A DNA stretch of 32,000 nt from Dubosiella newyorkensis (GTDB taxonomy: Bacteria; Bacillota_I; Bacilli_A; Erysipelotrichales; Erysipelotrichaceae): NCBI RefSeq assembly GCF_001945605.1, contig NZ_MPKA01000086.1, positions 30,001 through 62,000 of the forward strand, in the 5' to 3' direction. Below are positions 18,611-27,342 of the stretch, piece by piece (within the stretch, counting starts at the first letter, position 1; every line of letters starts with the position of its first letter). The notes below the pieces were generated by a model. That model did not search any database and was not told the DNA's origin. It was given only the letters and a program-made list of their open reading frames with translations. Position numbers and translations under genes: made by a program.

Positions 18611-20377
18611 ATGAATATCAATACACTTATCCTTATATTGACATTGATGAGCGGTATCGCTCTTTTCCTTTATGGAATGATGGTCATGGGAGATGGACTC
18701 AAACAAATGGCCGGGAACAAATTAGAATTGATCCTGTACAAATTGACCAACACTCCGCTGAAAGGACTTATGTTAGGAGCAGCCGTTACGGCCATCATTC
18801 AATCCTCTTCCGCCACGACAGTCATGGTCGTCGGATTCGTCAATGCAGGGATGATGAAAGTCACCCAAGCGATCGGAATCATCATGGGAGCCAATATCGG
18901 AACGAGCATCACAGGCTGGATCTTATGCTTATCCTACATCGATGGAAAACAAGGGATCGCGCAATTGCTTAGCACCGCCACGTTGTCTGCGATCGTGGCA
19001 ATCGTTGGTATCATATTCCGGATGTTTTTAAAAAAAGATTGGCAACATGCCCTAGGCAATATCATGCTAGGCTTTGCGATCTTGATGATCGGCATGCAGA
19101 CAATGTCAGGCTCAGTAGCGCCATTAAAAGAATCGGAAGTGTTCATCAACGCACTGACTTCTTTCAACAACCCGATCTTGGGAATCGGTTTTGGGATCTT
19201 GCTGACGGCGATCATCCAATCCGCCTCGGCTGGAGTCGGAATCCTTCAAGCGCTCTCAGTGACTGGGGCGATCACCTTTGGTTCTGCCTTTCCAATGATC
19301 ATGGGAATTGGGGTCGGAGCCGCTTGTCCGGTTTTGTTGTCGGCGATCGGAACCAATAAATTTGGTAAACGGACAGCCTTGGTCTATTTAGTCAACGACA
19401 TGTGCGCCATGATCATAGGCACGATCTTGTTTTATTCAGCCAACGCTCTTCTTCATTTCGATTTCTTGAATATGAGTATGAGTCCTGTGTCGATCGCGCT
19501 GATGAATACAGTCTATCGTGTCTGCGCGATGCTGATCCTGCTGCCATTTGTCAAAGTGATCGAAAAGATCGTGACCTTTCTTGTGCCAGGCAAAGAAGAG
19601 GAAGATGACGAAGATGAAGACTTTGAGCTTCTAGAAGAGCGCTTTCTTGCCTATCCAGCTATCGCGATCAACCAGTGTCATCGTTCAATCGTGATGATGG
19701 CGAAAAGCTGCCGCAAAAATTTGTTCCGTTCTTTAGCTTTGTACGGTGATTATTCCGAAAAGACATTCAACAAGATCAAAAACCGCGAAAAGAAAGTCGA
19801 CAAATACGAAGACAAGATTGAAGATTACTTGATTTCCTTGACTGGAAAAACATTGACCGAGATCCAGTCTCGGGATGTTTCCGAATATCTTCATTGTATC
19901 AGCGATTTTGAGCGCACTGGCGATTATGCCTATCATATCGCCAAGATCAATAAAGAACTTCACGAAAAGGATGTCCATTTTTCTTCCCAAGCCGAATATG
20001 AAGTTTCCGTCGTAGAAACAGCGACCAAAGATATTCTTCAAACCGCGATCGATGCTTTTGAAAATCAAAACTTGACTGCTGCTAAACACGTAGAGCCTTT
20101 AAAGGATCTCATTAGCATTTTATGCGACGAATTGAAGATGCGTCATATCCAGCGCTTGCGGGATGGGATCTGTTCGCTTGATCAAGGAATGTATTTTGCC
20201 GAACTGCTCAACAATCTAGAACGCACAGCAGACCATTGCTCCAATGTCGCTGTATGCTTGATCGAAATGGCTTCCTCCGATTACAATTCACATGAATATT
20301 TAAGCCAATATCGACGTGAAAAAACCGGAGAATACGCGACCTATTTTAAAGAATACGATCAAAAATATCGAGTATAA
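18611..20377 (+). CDS. Na/Pi-cotransporter family protein with C-terminal PhoU-like repeats
   Basis: Polytopic N-terminal half containing QSSSATT and QSASAGV repeat motifs. The soluble helical C-terminal half carries ERTGDYA and ERTADHC motifs (PhoU-like). Start at the ATG 7 nt after GAGGAG. Confidence 0.85.
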   Translation: MNINTLILILTLMSGIALFLYGMMVMGDGLKQMAGNKLELILYKLTNTPLKGLMLGAAVTAIIQSSSATTVMVVGFVNAGMMKVTQAIGIIMGANIGTSITGWILCLSYIDGKQGIAQLLSTATLSAIVAIVGIIFRMFLKKDWQHALGNIMLGFAILMIGMQTMSGSVAPLKESEVFINALTSFNNPILGIGFGILLTAIIQSASAGVGILQALSVTGAITFGSAFPMIMGIGVGAACPVLLSAIGTNKFGKRTALVYLVNDMCAMIIGTILFYSANALLHFDFLNMSMSPVSIALMNTVYRVCAMLILLPFVKVIEKIVTFLVPGKEEEDDEDEDFELLEERFLAYPAIAINQCHRSIVMMAKSCRKNLFRSLALYGDYSEKTFNKIKNREKKVDKYEDKIEDYLISLTGKTLTEIQSRDVSEYLHCISDFERTGDYAYHIAKINKELHEKDVHFSSQAEYEVSVVETATKDILQTAIDAFENQNLTAAKHVEPLKDLISILCDELKMRHIQRLRDGICSLDQGMYFAELLNNLERTADHCSNVAVCLIEMASSDYNSHEYLSQYRREKTGEYATYFKEYDQKYRV

Positions 20378-20383
20378 GTCAAT

Positions 20384-20413
20384 GACCAAGAAGTGTTTTT
20401 CTTGGTCCTTTCT
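20384..20413 (+). terminator. Candidate terminator after the Na/Pi gene
   Basis: Perfect 9-bp stem GACCAAGAA / TTCTTGGTC with a 6-nt loop. The T tract is weak (CTTTCT). Confidence 0.5.
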
Positions 20414-20414
20414 A

Positions 20415-20423
20415 TGTTACAAT
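20415..20423 (+). promoter_or_regulatory. Extended -10 element (TGTTACAAT) for the U32 / proS operon
   Basis: TGnTACAAT lies 21 nt upstream of the 20444 ATG, with SD GGAGG in between. Confidence 0.5.
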
Positions 20424-20443
20424 GATAAATCGGAGGTAGATTT

Positions 20444-21316
20444 ATGTTGATCGCAACGATACAAAATTTAGAGAATCTAGCTGCTTTCAAAAAGAGCGGA
20501 GGCGATGGTGTGCTTGTTGCTCTTGAACCTTTTTCGATCCGAAACGAATCGGTGATCGAAAAAGAGCAGCTGATCGAGTGGAAAGATCAATGCCGTGCTT
20601 TGGATCTTCGTTTATTTGTGAATATGATGCGAATGATCCATGAAGAAGATCTCGACGCATTGGCTCACTTCCTGCGGTATTTAAAAGAAATCGACATTGA
20701 TGGGATCTATTATGCGGATGAAGGGGTCTATGAGCTTGCTAGAGAGATCGGCATTGAGGATCGGCTGATCTATCAGCCAGAAACGCTTGTCACTAGCTGG
20801 GCGGACGTGCAATTTTATAAACAGTTAGGAATTCAAAGCATTTGTCTTGCCCATGAACTTTCGCTCGAAGAGATCGAAGAGATCGCGCAAAAAGAACAAG
20901 ACATCGAGATTTTGATCGATGGCTATTTTTCGATCCTTTATTCTCGAAGGCATTTGATCAAGAACTATATGCATCACTTAGAAAAAAAGACCGATCAAAA
21001 AAGGTTCGATCTAATCGAAAATACACGTGAGGAGCGGCTTCCCGTTCTCGAAGAAGAAAGCGGGACCTTCGTTTTTTCCCCAAGACCGATCCAGTCGTAC
21101 AACCAAATTCAAGATCTTCAAAAAGCGGGCGTGCATCGTTTTAGGATCGATTCGATCTTTTCAACCGATGCGGAAACGATCGAAAAAGTGCAGATCTATA
21201 AAAAATTACTCGATGGGGAACGTATCGAAGCCAATCTTGAATCGCAAATTGGCTCAGATCGATGGTATCATGAGCAAACTGTACGCAAAAAAGGAGATAA
21301 AGCATGCAAAAAATAG
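20444..21316 (+). CDS. Peptidase U32-family protein, short cysteine-less form (YrrN/TrhP1-like)
   Basis: TIM-barrel-like U32 N-terminal pattern, ~290 aa, directly upstream of and overlapping a canonical U32 gene, as in B. subtilis yrrN-yrrO. Confidence 0.75.
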   Translation: MLIATIQNLENLAAFKKSGGDGVLVALEPFSIRNESVIEKEQLIEWKDQCRALDLRLFVNMMRMIHEEDLDALAHFLRYLKEIDIDGIYYADEGVYELAREIGIEDRLIYQPETLVTSWADVQFYKQLGIQSICLAHELSLEEIEEIAQKEQDIEILIDGYFSILYSRRHLIKNYMHHLEKKTDQKRFDLIENTREERLPVLEEESGTFVFSPRPIQSYNQIQDLQKAGVHRFRIDSIFSTDAETIEKVQIYKKLLDGERIEANLESQIGSDRWYHEQTVRKKGDKACKK

Positions 21317-22509
21317 AACTGTTGGCGCCTGCTGGCAATTTAGAAAAAGCGAAAACAGCTATACGATATGGAGCGGATGCCGTCTATATTGGCGGTAAAC
21401 AATTTTCTTTGCGATCAAGAGCCAGCAATTTTTCTTTAGCGGATATCCAAGAATTGACGGATTTTGCGCATCGGCATGGAAGCAAGGTCCATGTGACGGT
21501 CAACATTCTTCCGCATAACGAAGACCTTGAAGGATTGAAAGAGTATTTGCTTGCCTTGGAAGAGGCTCAGATCGATGCGATCATCGTCGCTTCTCCTTAT
21601 CTCATGAAGCTGGCAAAATCGCTTCCTGTCTCGTATCAAGTTCATGTTTCGACCCAGCACTCCTCGACAAATTCAGCTTCAGTCCGTTTCTGGCAAAAAG
21701 AAGGGATGGATCGAGTCGTTTTAGGAAGAGAGTGCACCCTCGAAGAGATCGAAGCGATCGCTCAGCATTCTACGCTTCCTTTAGAAGTATTCATTCATGG
21801 AGGAATGTGTATCGCCTATTCGGGAAGATGTGTTTTGAGCAATCATTTAACGATGCGGGACGCGAATCGGGGCGGCTGCGCGCAAAGCTGCCGCTGGAAA
21901 TATCATTTGATGGATCAGGAACAAGAAGTCTCAGATCCTGATGATCTGTTTTCAATGTCTTCGAAAGATCTGCAGGCGATCCCTTATGTACAAAAACTCA
22001 TAGAACTTGGAATTGCTTCTTTGAAGATCGAAGGGCGGATGAAATCCGCATACTATTTGGCGACGGTCGTCAGCAGCTATCGGCGGTTGATCGATACGAT
22101 CTATGAAAAGGGAAGCGTGAGCGCAGAAGAAATGAAGGCGATCGAAAAGGAGATCCGGAAGGCGGAAAATCGTCAAACGGGTCCTGGTTTCTTAAATGGG
22201 ATCCCGGATGATTCGGTACAGCTTTATCGAGATCATGACGAGATCGTCACTCAAGAATATGTAGCGGATGTGATCGGGTATGATCCGATCACAAAGACGG
22301 CCAAGCTTTTGGTTCGCAATTATTTCCAACCGCATTCTGTTTTGGAGATCTTCGGGCCTAAGATCATCAGTACGCCTGTCAAGATCGAAGAAGTTTTCGA
22401 TGAAGAGGAAACTTTGTTGGAAGTCTGTAATAAACCGATGGAAATCGTGTATACTAAATGGGATGGACCTATCGAGATCGGCGCGATGGTCCGTAAGATC
22501 AAAGAATAA
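21304..22509 (+). CDS. Peptidase U32-family protein (YrrO/TrhP2-like; tRNA U34 hydroxylation family)
   Basis: MQKIELLAPAGN start and the U32 signature EVFIHGGMCIAYSGRCVLSN. Confidence 0.88.
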   Translation: MQKIELLAPAGNLEKAKTAIRYGADAVYIGGKQFSLRSRASNFSLADIQELTDFAHRHGSKVHVTVNILPHNEDLEGLKEYLLALEEAQIDAIIVASPYLMKLAKSLPVSYQVHVSTQHSSTNSASVRFWQKEGMDRVVLGRECTLEEIEAIAQHSTLPLEVFIHGGMCIAYSGRCVLSNHLTMRDANRGGCAQSCRWKYHLMDQEQEVSDPDDLFSMSSKDLQAIPYVQKLIELGIASLKIEGRMKSAYYLATVVSSYRRLIDTIYEKGSVSAEEMKAIEKEIRKAENRQTGPGFLNGIPDDSVQLYRDHDEIVTQEYVADVIGYDPITKTAKLLVRNYFQPHSVLEIFGPKIISTPVKIEEVFDEEETLLEVCNKPMEIVYTKWDGPIEIGAMVRKIKE

Positions 22510-22526
22510 GGATAGGTGAATACACT

Positions 22527-24218
22527 GTGAAATTAAGCAATAGTTTTTTTTATACATTGCGTGAAGACGCGAAAGACGAGGATTCGATTTCGAGCAATCT
22601 TCTAGTTCGAGCAGGAATGATCAAAAAATCATCCAACGGAATGTATATGATCATGCCAATGGGAAAAAAGGTGCTTTCGAAGATCGAAGGGATCGTTCGT
22701 GAAGAGATGGATGCCAAAGGCGCACAAGAATTGTTGATGCCAGCTCTCATTCCTGAAGATGTTTATATCCAATCGGGAAGAAGGGACGCGTTTGGAGCGA
22801 ATATGTTCTCGATGTACGACCGCTATCAAAAACGGTACGTCCTTGGGCCGACGCATGAAGAGCTGTTCGCGATCGCGGCCAGCATGGATGGAAAATCGTA
22901 CAAAGATTTTCCTTATAATTTGTATCAGATCCAAACAAAGTTCCGCGATGAGACTCGGCCTCGTTATGGCTTGATCCGAGTCCGTGAATTTATCATGAAA
23001 GACGCATATACATTCGATATCGACGAGGCGGGTCTCGATGTTCAATACCAAAAAATGTATGAGGCGTATTGTTCGATCTTTGATCGTCTGCATTTGAATT
23101 ATAAGATCGTCAAGGCCGATACAGGCGCGATGGGTGGTCTTCTTTCTGAAGAGTATCAAGCGATCTCAAATATTGGCGAGGACATCGTGGTTGGTTGCGA
23201 GAATTGCGATTTTTCCAGCAATTTAGAGATTACAGAGGTCGTGGATACTTTGGAAGAAGATCAAAGCCCAATGCTAGAAATCGAGTTGAAGGAAACACCG
23301 AATGCCAAGACGATCGAAGAAGTGGCCGCTTTCTTTGGCAAAGAGCCTAAAGATTTTGTGAAGACGCTTTTATATGAGGCGGATGGCAAGATCGTCGCTT
23401 TCTGCATTCCAGGGAATCGGGAATTGAATGAGACGAAAGCGCAAAAAATATTGAAGGCGAATTCGATGGAAATGGCGAATTTTGAAGATGTGGAAAAAGC
23501 GACAGGCGCGAAAGTTGGTTTTGCTGGACCTGTTGGACTTGATGTGCCTGTGTATTTGGATCGTCAAGTGCTGAAGATGAAAAACTTTATCGTTGGTGCC
23601 AATAAGACAGATCATCATTTGATCAATGTGAATGTGAAAGATTTTGAACCGGTCGAAGTCGCCGATCTGACGCAAGTGATGGAAGGGGATATTTGTCCGA
23701 ATTGTCATCAAAAGCTTGTTTTCCATCGAGGCATCGAGGTCGGAAATCTTTTCAAATTGGGTACGAAGTACTCCAAGACGATGAATTTAATGTATACAGA
23801 TGAGAATAATGTTCTCAAGCCTGTCTGGATGGGTTCTTATGGGATTGGCTTGGAGCGCTGTATGGCGGCTGTGGTCGAGCAGCACCACGATGAGCATGGG
23901 ATCATTTGGCCAAAGGAAATCGCACCATTCAAGCTTGCGATCGTTCCCATTTCTTTAAAAGATAACGAGCAAGTGGGAGCGATGGAGTCTTTGTATTCGT
24001 ATTGTCAAGAGAACAAGTTTGACGTGCTTCTTGATGATCGAAATGAACGTCCTGGCGTTAAATTCAAAGATATGGAGCTGATTGGAATTCCATACCGGAT
24101 CACGATCGGAAAAGGGATCAAGTCTGGATTGGTCGAATGGGTCGATCGTGCCACGAAACAGAAGGAAGAAATTTCTTTGGAAGATGCGAAGACGCGGATC
24201 CAGCAATTATATCAGTAA
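22527..24218 (+). CDS. proS: Proline--tRNA ligase (bacterial type with INS editing domain)
   Basis: FFYTLRE...LLVRAGMI N-terminus, class II motifs (FRDETRPRYGLIRVREF, GSYGIGLERC), 563 aa, GTG start. Confidence 0.95.
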   Translation: MKLSNSFFYTLREDAKDEDSISSNLLVRAGMIKKSSNGMYMIMPMGKKVLSKIEGIVREEMDAKGAQELLMPALIPEDVYIQSGRRDAFGANMFSMYDRYQKRYVLGPTHEELFAIAASMDGKSYKDFPYNLYQIQTKFRDETRPRYGLIRVREFIMKDAYTFDIDEAGLDVQYQKMYEAYCSIFDRLHLNYKIVKADTGAMGGLLSEEYQAISNIGEDIVVGCENCDFSSNLEITEVVDTLEEDQSPMLEIELKETPNAKTIEEVAAFFGKEPKDFVKTLLYEADGKIVAFCIPGNRELNETKAQKILKANSMEMANFEDVEKATGAKVGFAGPVGLDVPVYLDRQVLKMKNFIVGANKTDHHLINVNVKDFEPVEVADLTQVMEGDICPNCHQKLVFHRGIEVGNLFKLGTKYSKTMNLMYTDENNVLKPVWMGSYGIGLERCMAAVVEQHHDEHGIIWPKEIAPFKLAIVPISLKDNEQVGAMESLYSYCQENKFDVLLDDRNERPGVKFKDMELIGIPYRITIGKGIKSGLVEWVDRATKQKEEISLEDAKTRIQQLYQ

Positions 24219-24224
24219 GAATGA

Positions 24225-24251
24225 GAGCACGATTGTTTCGTGTTCTTTTTT
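24225..24251 (+). terminator. Intrinsic terminator after proS
   Basis: GAGCACG pairs with CGTGTTC (one G-U), 7-nt loop, then T6. Confidence 0.65.
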
Positions 24252-24266
24252 CTTGATCATATGCCT

Positions 24267-24295
24267 TTGAAATATAGACATTTTTGTGGCATAAT
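24267..24295 (+). promoter_or_regulatory. Candidate sigma-A promoter for the PEPCK-like gene
   Basis: TTGAAA (24267-24272), 17-nt spacer, CATAAT (24290-24295). This leaves a leader of roughly 115 nt. Confidence 0.6.
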
Positions 24296-24416
24296 ACATA
24301 TTGGCTGAATCACGAATTTGGAAAAGATGAAAACTTTTGTCTCACTTTCATAAAGTCGATTTTACTTTTCATTTTTTTTCATGTATCATAAGCCGTATAT
24401 GGGAGGAGAGTTAAGA

Positions 24417-26114
24417 ATGCAGAATAAAATTCATATTGGAAGTAGTCAGGTCATCCTCAACTACAATCGCGCATACCCGAGAAATCGAGAATCCCTTTTG
24501 GGATCTGAGCCTTTTAAACGATTTTTAAGGCATGTGATCGAAACATCGAAACAGAATAACGCGAAGTTATTCGATTATGTAACGATGAATGGAAAGTTCA
24601 CGATTGAGGAAGCGACGGATAACTTTACAACTTTTTTGCGCATCTTAGCCATTTTTAGGATCGATGAAGTCGATAGTGAATATTTGAATGATCGAGTTTC
24701 GCTTTTGGCTTTCGTGAATATGGTCTACGATTCTTGGCGTTCTTTGCAGCGTTTCGGATATATGTATTCGGAGAAGACCAATGATTTTGGGATCAATACT
24801 TTAGTGAAGCGCGACAGCGATCTGAACGATTTGATCTTGAGAACGTATCGTTTGTTTGAAGAGAAGATCCAAGAGCGTCCAAATTTGGTGTATCGTCAAG
24901 TCCAAGCAGGAACGAACGCATGTTTCTCGGTGCATCATGTCAAGGACTCGTTCGCGAAAGAATATGAAAAGTTGAGCGATATTCCGGTGATCGATACGGT
25001 GATGCTTCGAACACCGATGATCTTGCATCCAAAATCAAGTAAACGGACGGGAATGTTTGAAGAGACAGACCACAACCCGATCGATTCGTTCCACTATGAT
25101 CCAGAAGATTGGTTCTGCTTCCCAATGAAGGTGGGCAAGCTTTTGTGTTTTGTCTACTTTAATTCGAAATATATGGCTTCGGCGATCTCGCTGGCCAACT
25201 TATTTGAATTGGCGACTTTTGAAGAATCGAAGGAAAAACCGGATCTGATCGTTTTATATGGTAACGAAGACAACAAGAATCAGACAGTTTTCTATCACGA
25301 TACAAAGAACAATATTTGGCTCGGTTCGATCTCGGATCATCCTAGAGTTGAATATTTTGGCTATATGAAAAAGATGGCTTTGACGCTTCACAATTTAGCG
25401 ATGATGCATCAAGGCTGGTTGCCGATCCATGGCGCTTTTGTCAAGATCACGCTCAATGATGGTCGTACAAAAGGGATCATGTTGATGGGTGATTCGGGTG
25501 CTGGAAAATCCGAGTCGATCGAAGCGATGAAAGTCGTAGGTAAAGATGTCATCAAAGATGTAGAAGTTATTTTTGACGATATGGGTACGATCCATATCGA
25601 AGATGGTGTTCCATATGGTCAAGGCACGGAAATTGGCGCGTTCATTCGTTTGGATGATCTGGATCCAGGAACTCCATATCGGGATATGGACCGTTCGATC
25701 TTCATGGCGCCGGAAAATCCAAACGCCCGCATGATCGTACCGGCATCTCCTTATCAAGATGTCATTACGAATCATAAGATCGATCTCTTCGCTTACGCCA
25801 ACAACTATACAGATGAGTATGGCTTGAAGGAATTGAGCGTGGACGAAGTCAAAGAGACTTGTAAAATGGGAAAACGGATGGCGCTAGGAACGACGCAGGA
25901 AGTGGGTATTTCGACAACGTATTTTGCCAATCCGTTCGGTCCTATGCAGCAGCAAGATGTTTGCGAGCCTCTGATCGACGATGTTTTCCAATCGCTCAAA
26001 GACAATGGTGTCTTCGTGGGCGAGATCTATACCCATTTAGGATTCGATAAATTGAATCGTCAAGGACTGCACGAAGCAGCTACAGAGCTTCTTGAGTTCA
26101 TTCGGAAAGATTAA
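24417..26114 (+). CDS. Uncharacterised PEPCK(ATP)/HPr-kinase-superfamily P-loop protein (divergent paralogue, function unknown)
   Basis: SD GGGAGGAG precedes the 24417 ATG. The C-terminal half carries YFGYMKK, IHGAF, P-loop GDSGAGKSE (25488-25511), FDDMG and NARMIVP, in the same order as the PckA motifs. Confidence 0.7.
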   Translation: MQNKIHIGSSQVILNYNRAYPRNRESLLGSEPFKRFLRHVIETSKQNNAKLFDYVTMNGKFTIEEATDNFTTFLRILAIFRIDEVDSEYLNDRVSLLAFVNMVYDSWRSLQRFGYMYSEKTNDFGINTLVKRDSDLNDLILRTYRLFEEKIQERPNLVYRQVQAGTNACFSVHHVKDSFAKEYEKLSDIPVIDTVMLRTPMILHPKSSKRTGMFEETDHNPIDSFHYDPEDWFCFPMKVGKLLCFVYFNSKYMASAISLANLFELATFEESKEKPDLIVLYGNEDNKNQTVFYHDTKNNIWLGSISDHPRVEYFGYMKKMALTLHNLAMMHQGWLPIHGAFVKITLNDGRTKGIMLMGDSGAGKSESIEAMKVVGKDVIKDVEVIFDDMGTIHIEDGVPYGQGTEIGAFIRLDDLDPGTPYRDMDRSIFMAPENPNARMIVPASPYQDVITNHKIDLFAYANNYTDEYGLKELSVDEVKETCKMGKRMALGTTQEVGISTTYFANPFGPMQQQDVCEPLIDDVFQSLKDNGVFVGEIYTHLGFDKLNRQGLHEAATELLEFIRKD

Positions 26115-26121
26115 AGAATAC

Positions 26122-26147
26122 AAGCTGCCTTTTTGGCGGCTTTTCTT
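26122..26147 (+). terminator. Candidate terminator after the PEPCK-like gene
   Basis: AAGCTGCC pairs with GGCGGCTT (one G-U), loop TTTTT, weak T tail. Confidence 0.5.
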
Positions 26148-26167
26148 ATGTAGGAAAGAAGGAGTTG

Positions 26168-26176
26168 TGATATAAT
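26168..26176 (+). promoter_or_regulatory. Extended -10 element (TGATATAAT) for the BI-1 gene
   Basis: TGnTATAAT lies 29 nt upstream of the 26205 ATG, with SD AAAGGAGGG in between. Confidence 0.5.
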
Positions 26177-26204
26177 ACTTGATACTTAAGAAAGGAGGGC
26201 AAGG

Positions 26205-26894
26205 ATGCCTGAATATTATAATGCCTATTCTCCGGCGCAAGAGAAGAGAAACGGCTTGATCAAAACGTTTTCTTGGATGTTTTTTGGCCTTCTCATAACG
26301 GCTGCGACTTCTTATATATTGTATGCGACAGGATTGTTCTATACGCTTTTATCAGGGCCGATCCCGTTATTGTTGGTGATCGCCCAATTTGGGATCGTGA
26401 TCGCGTTTTCGAGTTCGATGCAGCGAGCGAGCGCCTCGACAATGAAGCTTTTATTTATCGCGTATGCGATCACGTTAGGTGTGAGCATGACCTCGATCTG
26501 TGTTGTTTATGGATTAGGGACTGTATCGATCGCGTTCTTGGTGAGCGCCGTCTATTTCGCGTGTCTAGTGATCATTGGTTTTACGACAAAAAAAGATCTC
26601 AGCAAGATTGGTACGCTTTGCATCGCTGGCTTGATCGCTTTGATCCTTTCACAAGCGATCATGCTGCTCTTTAGAGTGCCAGGAACAACACGTTTGTTGA
26701 GCATCGTTGGTTTGTTGATCTTCACGGGTTTAACGGCTTGGGATGTGCAAAGAGCGAATCAGCTGATGAACAATACGATCGGCGAGACGCAAGAGAAGTT
26801 CGCGATCTTCATGGCTTTGGAACTGTATTTAGACTTTATCAATATTTTCTTATATATCGTTCGTTTGATCGGTTCCAACAGCAACCGCAACTAA
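26205..26894 (+). CDS. Bax inhibitor-1 / YccA-family membrane protein
   Basis: Seven predicted TM helices, ~230 aa, and the family-typical N-terminus ...FSWMFFGLLITA. Confidence 0.85.
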   Translation: MPEYYNAYSPAQEKRNGLIKTFSWMFFGLLITAATSYILYATGLFYTLLSGPIPLLLVIAQFGIVIAFSSSMQRASASTMKLLFIAYAITLGVSMTSICVVYGLGTVSIAFLVSAVYFACLVIIGFTTKKDLSKIGTLCIAGLIALILSQAIMLLFRVPGTTRLLSIVGLLIFTGLTAWDVQRANQLMNNTIGETQEKFAIFMALELYLDFINIFLYIVRLIGSNSNRN

Positions 26895-26898
26895 CAAG

Positions 26899-26928
26899 AA
26901 CCTCCCTTGAAAGGGAGGTTTCTTTTTT
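26899..26928 (+). terminator. Intrinsic terminator after the BI-1 gene
   Basis: AACCTCCC pairs with GGGAGGTT, followed by TCTTTTTT. Confidence 0.85.
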
Positions 26929-26938
26929 GAAAAAAGTA

Positions 26939-26967
26939 TTGATTTTCATTAAAAAAGATGTTTTAAT
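26939..26967 (+). promoter_or_regulatory. Candidate promoter for the tRNA pair
   Basis: TTGATT (26939-26944), 17-nt spacer, TTTAAT (26962-26967), 12 nt before the tRNA-Cys 5' end. Confidence 0.45.
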
Positions 26968-26979
26968 ATATAAGTAATC

Positions 26980-27053
26980 GGTTCCGTAGCCAAGTGGTAA
27001 GGCAATAGACTGCAACTCTGTGATCATCGGTTCAAATCCGATCGGAACCTCCA
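26980..27053 (+). tRNA. tRNA-Cys (anticodon GCA), CCA encoded
   Basis: Hand-folded cloverleaf: acceptor GGTTCCG/CGGAACC, anticodon stem ATAGA/TCTGT with loop CTGCAAC, T arm ATCGG-TTCAAAT-CCGAT, 3' TCCA. Confidence 0.9.
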
Positions 27054-27057
27054 ATTC

Positions 27058-27145
27058 GGGGTCGTGGCGAAATAGGCAGACGCAACGGACTTAAAATCCG
27101 TTGGGAGTTAATCCCGTGTGGGTTCAAGTCCCACCGTCCCCACCA
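27058..27145 (+). tRNA. tRNA-Leu (anticodon TAA), long variable arm, CCA encoded
   Basis: D arm GCGAAATAGGCAGACGC, anticodon stem ACGGA/TCCGT with loop CTTAAAA, variable stem GGGA/TCCC, T arm GTGGG-TTCAAGT-CCCAC. The acceptor GGGGTCG/CGTCCCC has a T:T mismatch at 5:68. Confidence 0.85.
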
Positions 27146-27155
27146 TTTGAAAATC

Positions 27156-27179
27156 AGTCCTTGAAAGAGGACTTTTTTT
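27156..27179 (+). terminator. Intrinsic terminator after the tRNA pair
   Basis: AGTCCT pairs with AGGACT, 6-nt loop, then T7. Confidence 0.7.
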
Positions 27180-27289
27180 ATGTGTTCTTCTTTGTTTCGA
27201 ATAATAGCTTTTCATATCCGAGCGCACATTTTGCAATAAAATCACATAATATCGAGAAATATATTATTTAAGTAAATATAAAGTAAATA

Positions 27290-27318
27290 GTTGAAATCCT
27301 ATGTTCTAAACAGTATCA
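27290..27318 (+). promoter_or_regulatory. Candidate sigma-A promoter for the sigma-like gene
   Basis: TTGAAA (27290-27295), 17-nt spacer, TATCAT (27313-27318). SD AGAGGAAAA precedes the 27343 ATG. Confidence 0.55.
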
Positions 27319-27342
27319 TACTTTTATAGAAAGAGGAAAACT

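Noticed and set aside
18526-18972. 148-aa plus-strand ORF overlapping the Na/Pi gene start, and the ORFs at 19039-19359 and 19402-19608
   Set aside because: These are alternative frames of a clear polytopic transporter gene. Their products are Arg/His-rich nonsense.
22629-23159. 176-aa minus-strand ORF inside proS
   Set aside because: It is antisense to a conserved aaRS frame and has no start signals or recognisable motifs.
24327-24353. 8-codon uORF (MKTFVSLS) and weak A/T-rich hairpins in the leader of the PEPCK-like gene; possible attenuator or riboswitch
   Set aside because: The SD is marginal. The stems are only 6-7 A/T-rich base pairs with large loops, and I recognise no riboswitch consensus. 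It is kept only as a note under the PEPCK-like finding.
26273-26674. 133-aa ORF in an alternative frame of the BI-1 gene
   Set aside because: It is out of frame with a well supported 7-TM protein and has no independent signals.
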